Source: the human T2T-CHM13v2.0 reference genome, Homo sapiens
Length of the DNA: 64,000 nt
Strand: one strand, 5' to 3'
Assembly: GCF_009914755.1 (NCBI RefSeq)
Contig: NC_060946.1
Positions 62,001-64,000 of the stretch are shown piece after piece. Within the stretch, counting starts at the first letter, position 1; every line of letters begins with the position of its first letter. The notes under the pieces are model-generated. The model saw nothing but the letters and a program-made list of their open reading frames with translations, made no database searches and was not told the DNA's origin. The translations under genes and the position numbers were made by a program.

Positions 62001-64000
62001 CTATCACAAGGTGAGTATCAAGAAGATGTTTCTTAACCATTGGTGAAAGTTCTGCCTCCTACCACCCACACCCCTCACTGTTTCCAGGCAGAAGCCTGAG
62101 GAAGAGGCAGAGCCACTAGGAAAACCTCTAATAGGGCAGAGCAGAAAAAGTATATGGGCTTGGAGGCCCCACACAGGAGGTTACCATCCTCAGACCCCAG
62201 ATTCATAGACTCACCAACAGCTTGCACTCTCAGTATGGAAAAGCTACAGGCACTCAACAACAGCCCAGCCTATGAGGGCAGCCATGGGGGCTACACCCTG
62301 CAAAGCCATAGGTGCACTGCCCTGGTGGAGGTTTTCCTTGAGGCTTTGCCTCTGCAGCAGGCTACTCCCCCTTACTACTGCCCACGAACCTCTCACTACC
62401 CTACTGCCAGCCTACTCCTCCTCATCCTACCCATTTGTTTTCCCTTCCACCCCTACCAACCTCCCGTTTGTGATTAAATCACCTCCCACCAGGCCCAACC
62501 TACAACTGTCAGGAATACAATTCCCCATGAGTTTTTGTAGGGAAACACAGCCAAACCATACTATCCTGACCCTGACACCCCCACATCTCATGTCCTTCTC
62601 ACACAGAAAAATACAAACATGCCTTTTCAAAAGTTTCAAAAAGTCTTAACTCATTCCAGCAGTAACTCAAATGTAGTAAGTTCAAGTCTCATCCAAGACA
62701 AGGCTGCAATCCCTTCTGCCTATGAGTCCCTGAATGTAAAAGACAATTCTTTTCTTTCAAGTTACAATGATGGCACAGGCACTGGGTAGGCTTTCTTAAA
62801 CCAAAGGGAAGGTTTTCCCAGAAAAATAACACAAATGGGACACAGGCCCAATCTGACTCCAAAACCCAGCAGGACAGCATTCATTTATCACGAGAACTCA
62901 CTATCACACAGACTGCATTAAGGAGATAGTATTTAACCATTTGTGAAGGATCTGCCACCTATCCCCATGTTTCACCCTCACCCACACCATGAACCTCCAT
63001 TCTCCCACATCCCCCTTCCAACCCCCATTCTCTACCATGATTAAATCACCTTCTACCAAGCCCCACACTTAACATTCCCTATTATAATTCCACGTGAGTT
63101 TTGGTAGGGACACAGAGCCAAATCGTATTATTCTCCCTTTGGCCCCCCAATCTCACATCCTTCTCATACTTCAAAATACAATGATGCATTCTCTACAGTC
63201 CCCCAGTGTCTGAACTCATTCCAGCATTTACTCAAATGTCCATTTGTGAAGGACCTACCCCCTACCCCTGCCTTTCACCCCCAACCCCACCACAATCGCC
63301 CCCAACCCTCCCCACCCCTTAATCCCCCCAACCCTCCCCACCCCCCAACCATCTAACCTCTACTCTTCACCATGATTGACTCACCTTCCACCAGCCCCCA
63401 CCTTTAGCATTTCCCATTAAAATTCTACATGAGTTTTGGTAGAGACACAGAGCCAAAACATATTATTCTGTCCCTGGTCCCCCAAAGTTCATGTCTTTCT
63501 CACATTGCAAAATGCAATGAGGCCTTCCCTAGAGTCCCCCAAATCTTAACTCATCCCAGTATTTACTCAAATGTCCAAAGGCCAAAGTCTCCTCTGAGAC
63601 AAGGCTGCCATATCTTCTGCCCTGAGCCTCTGAAATACAAAGCAAGTTAACCACTTCCAAGTTACAATGATTGTACAGGCATTGGGTAAGCATTCCAAGC
63701 CAAAAAGAAGAAATTTCCCAGAAAGAAGCACAAAACACAGATGGGACTTACAAACCCCCTGCAAGTCAAAAACCCAGCAGGCCAGGCATTCCATCATACA
63801 GCTCCAAATCATCTTTTTGGAATCTATGTCCACATCCAGAGCACAGCGTTTTGTGATGGCTGGGATCCCAAGGCCTTGGGCAGCTCTGCACATGTGGCAT
63901 TGCAGAATCTTCCCCCTACAGCTGACTTCATTGGCTAGGCTGGCGTTGAGTACCTGTAGCTTTTCAACACTAAGGGTGCAAGCAGCTGGTGGGTCTATGA
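59010..64000. mobile_element. Rearranged MST (MaLR) LTR/internal mosaic, tandemly duplicated (~2.9-kb period)
   Basis: atatggcag..gtag...acagagag at about 59040 and 61911; repeated LTR/internal junction tattattctg...ccc..aatctcatgtccttctcac at about 59640, 60197, 62560, 63126 and 63461; inverted internal pieces. Confidence 0.82.

Overview
Primate (human or great-ape) pericentromeric/acrocentric-type heterochromatin boundary with no intact protein-coding gene. From left to right: a Satellite III (CATTC)n array (1-8013); an Alu/L1/ERV/Tigger-rich duplicated block (8014-39190) containing an orphan housekeeping-type promoter fused to a 5'-intact but 3'-deleted L1PA3/4; a 48-bp CER satellite array (about 39190-43990); then a heavily rearranged duplicon with HSAT5, MST (MaLR) pieces, an SNX18 processed pseudogene whose 5' part is scrambled into a palindromic ~640-bp tandem unit, a twin-primed L1PA7, an old L1P 5' end with fold-back insertions, and an ACTB 3'UTR retrocopy inserted into an ANKRD26-family exon at what appears to be the POTE-actin insertion site. 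I found no new protein-coding system. The most notable signals are structural and evolutionary: the POTE-actin junction relic, the SNX18-derived palindromic tandem, repeated template-switch/fold-back scars across 47.5-64 kb, and promoters pointing into the G-rich SatIII strand. All repeat-family and gene identities come from recognising consensus sequences from memory, not from database searches, and boundaries are approximate.
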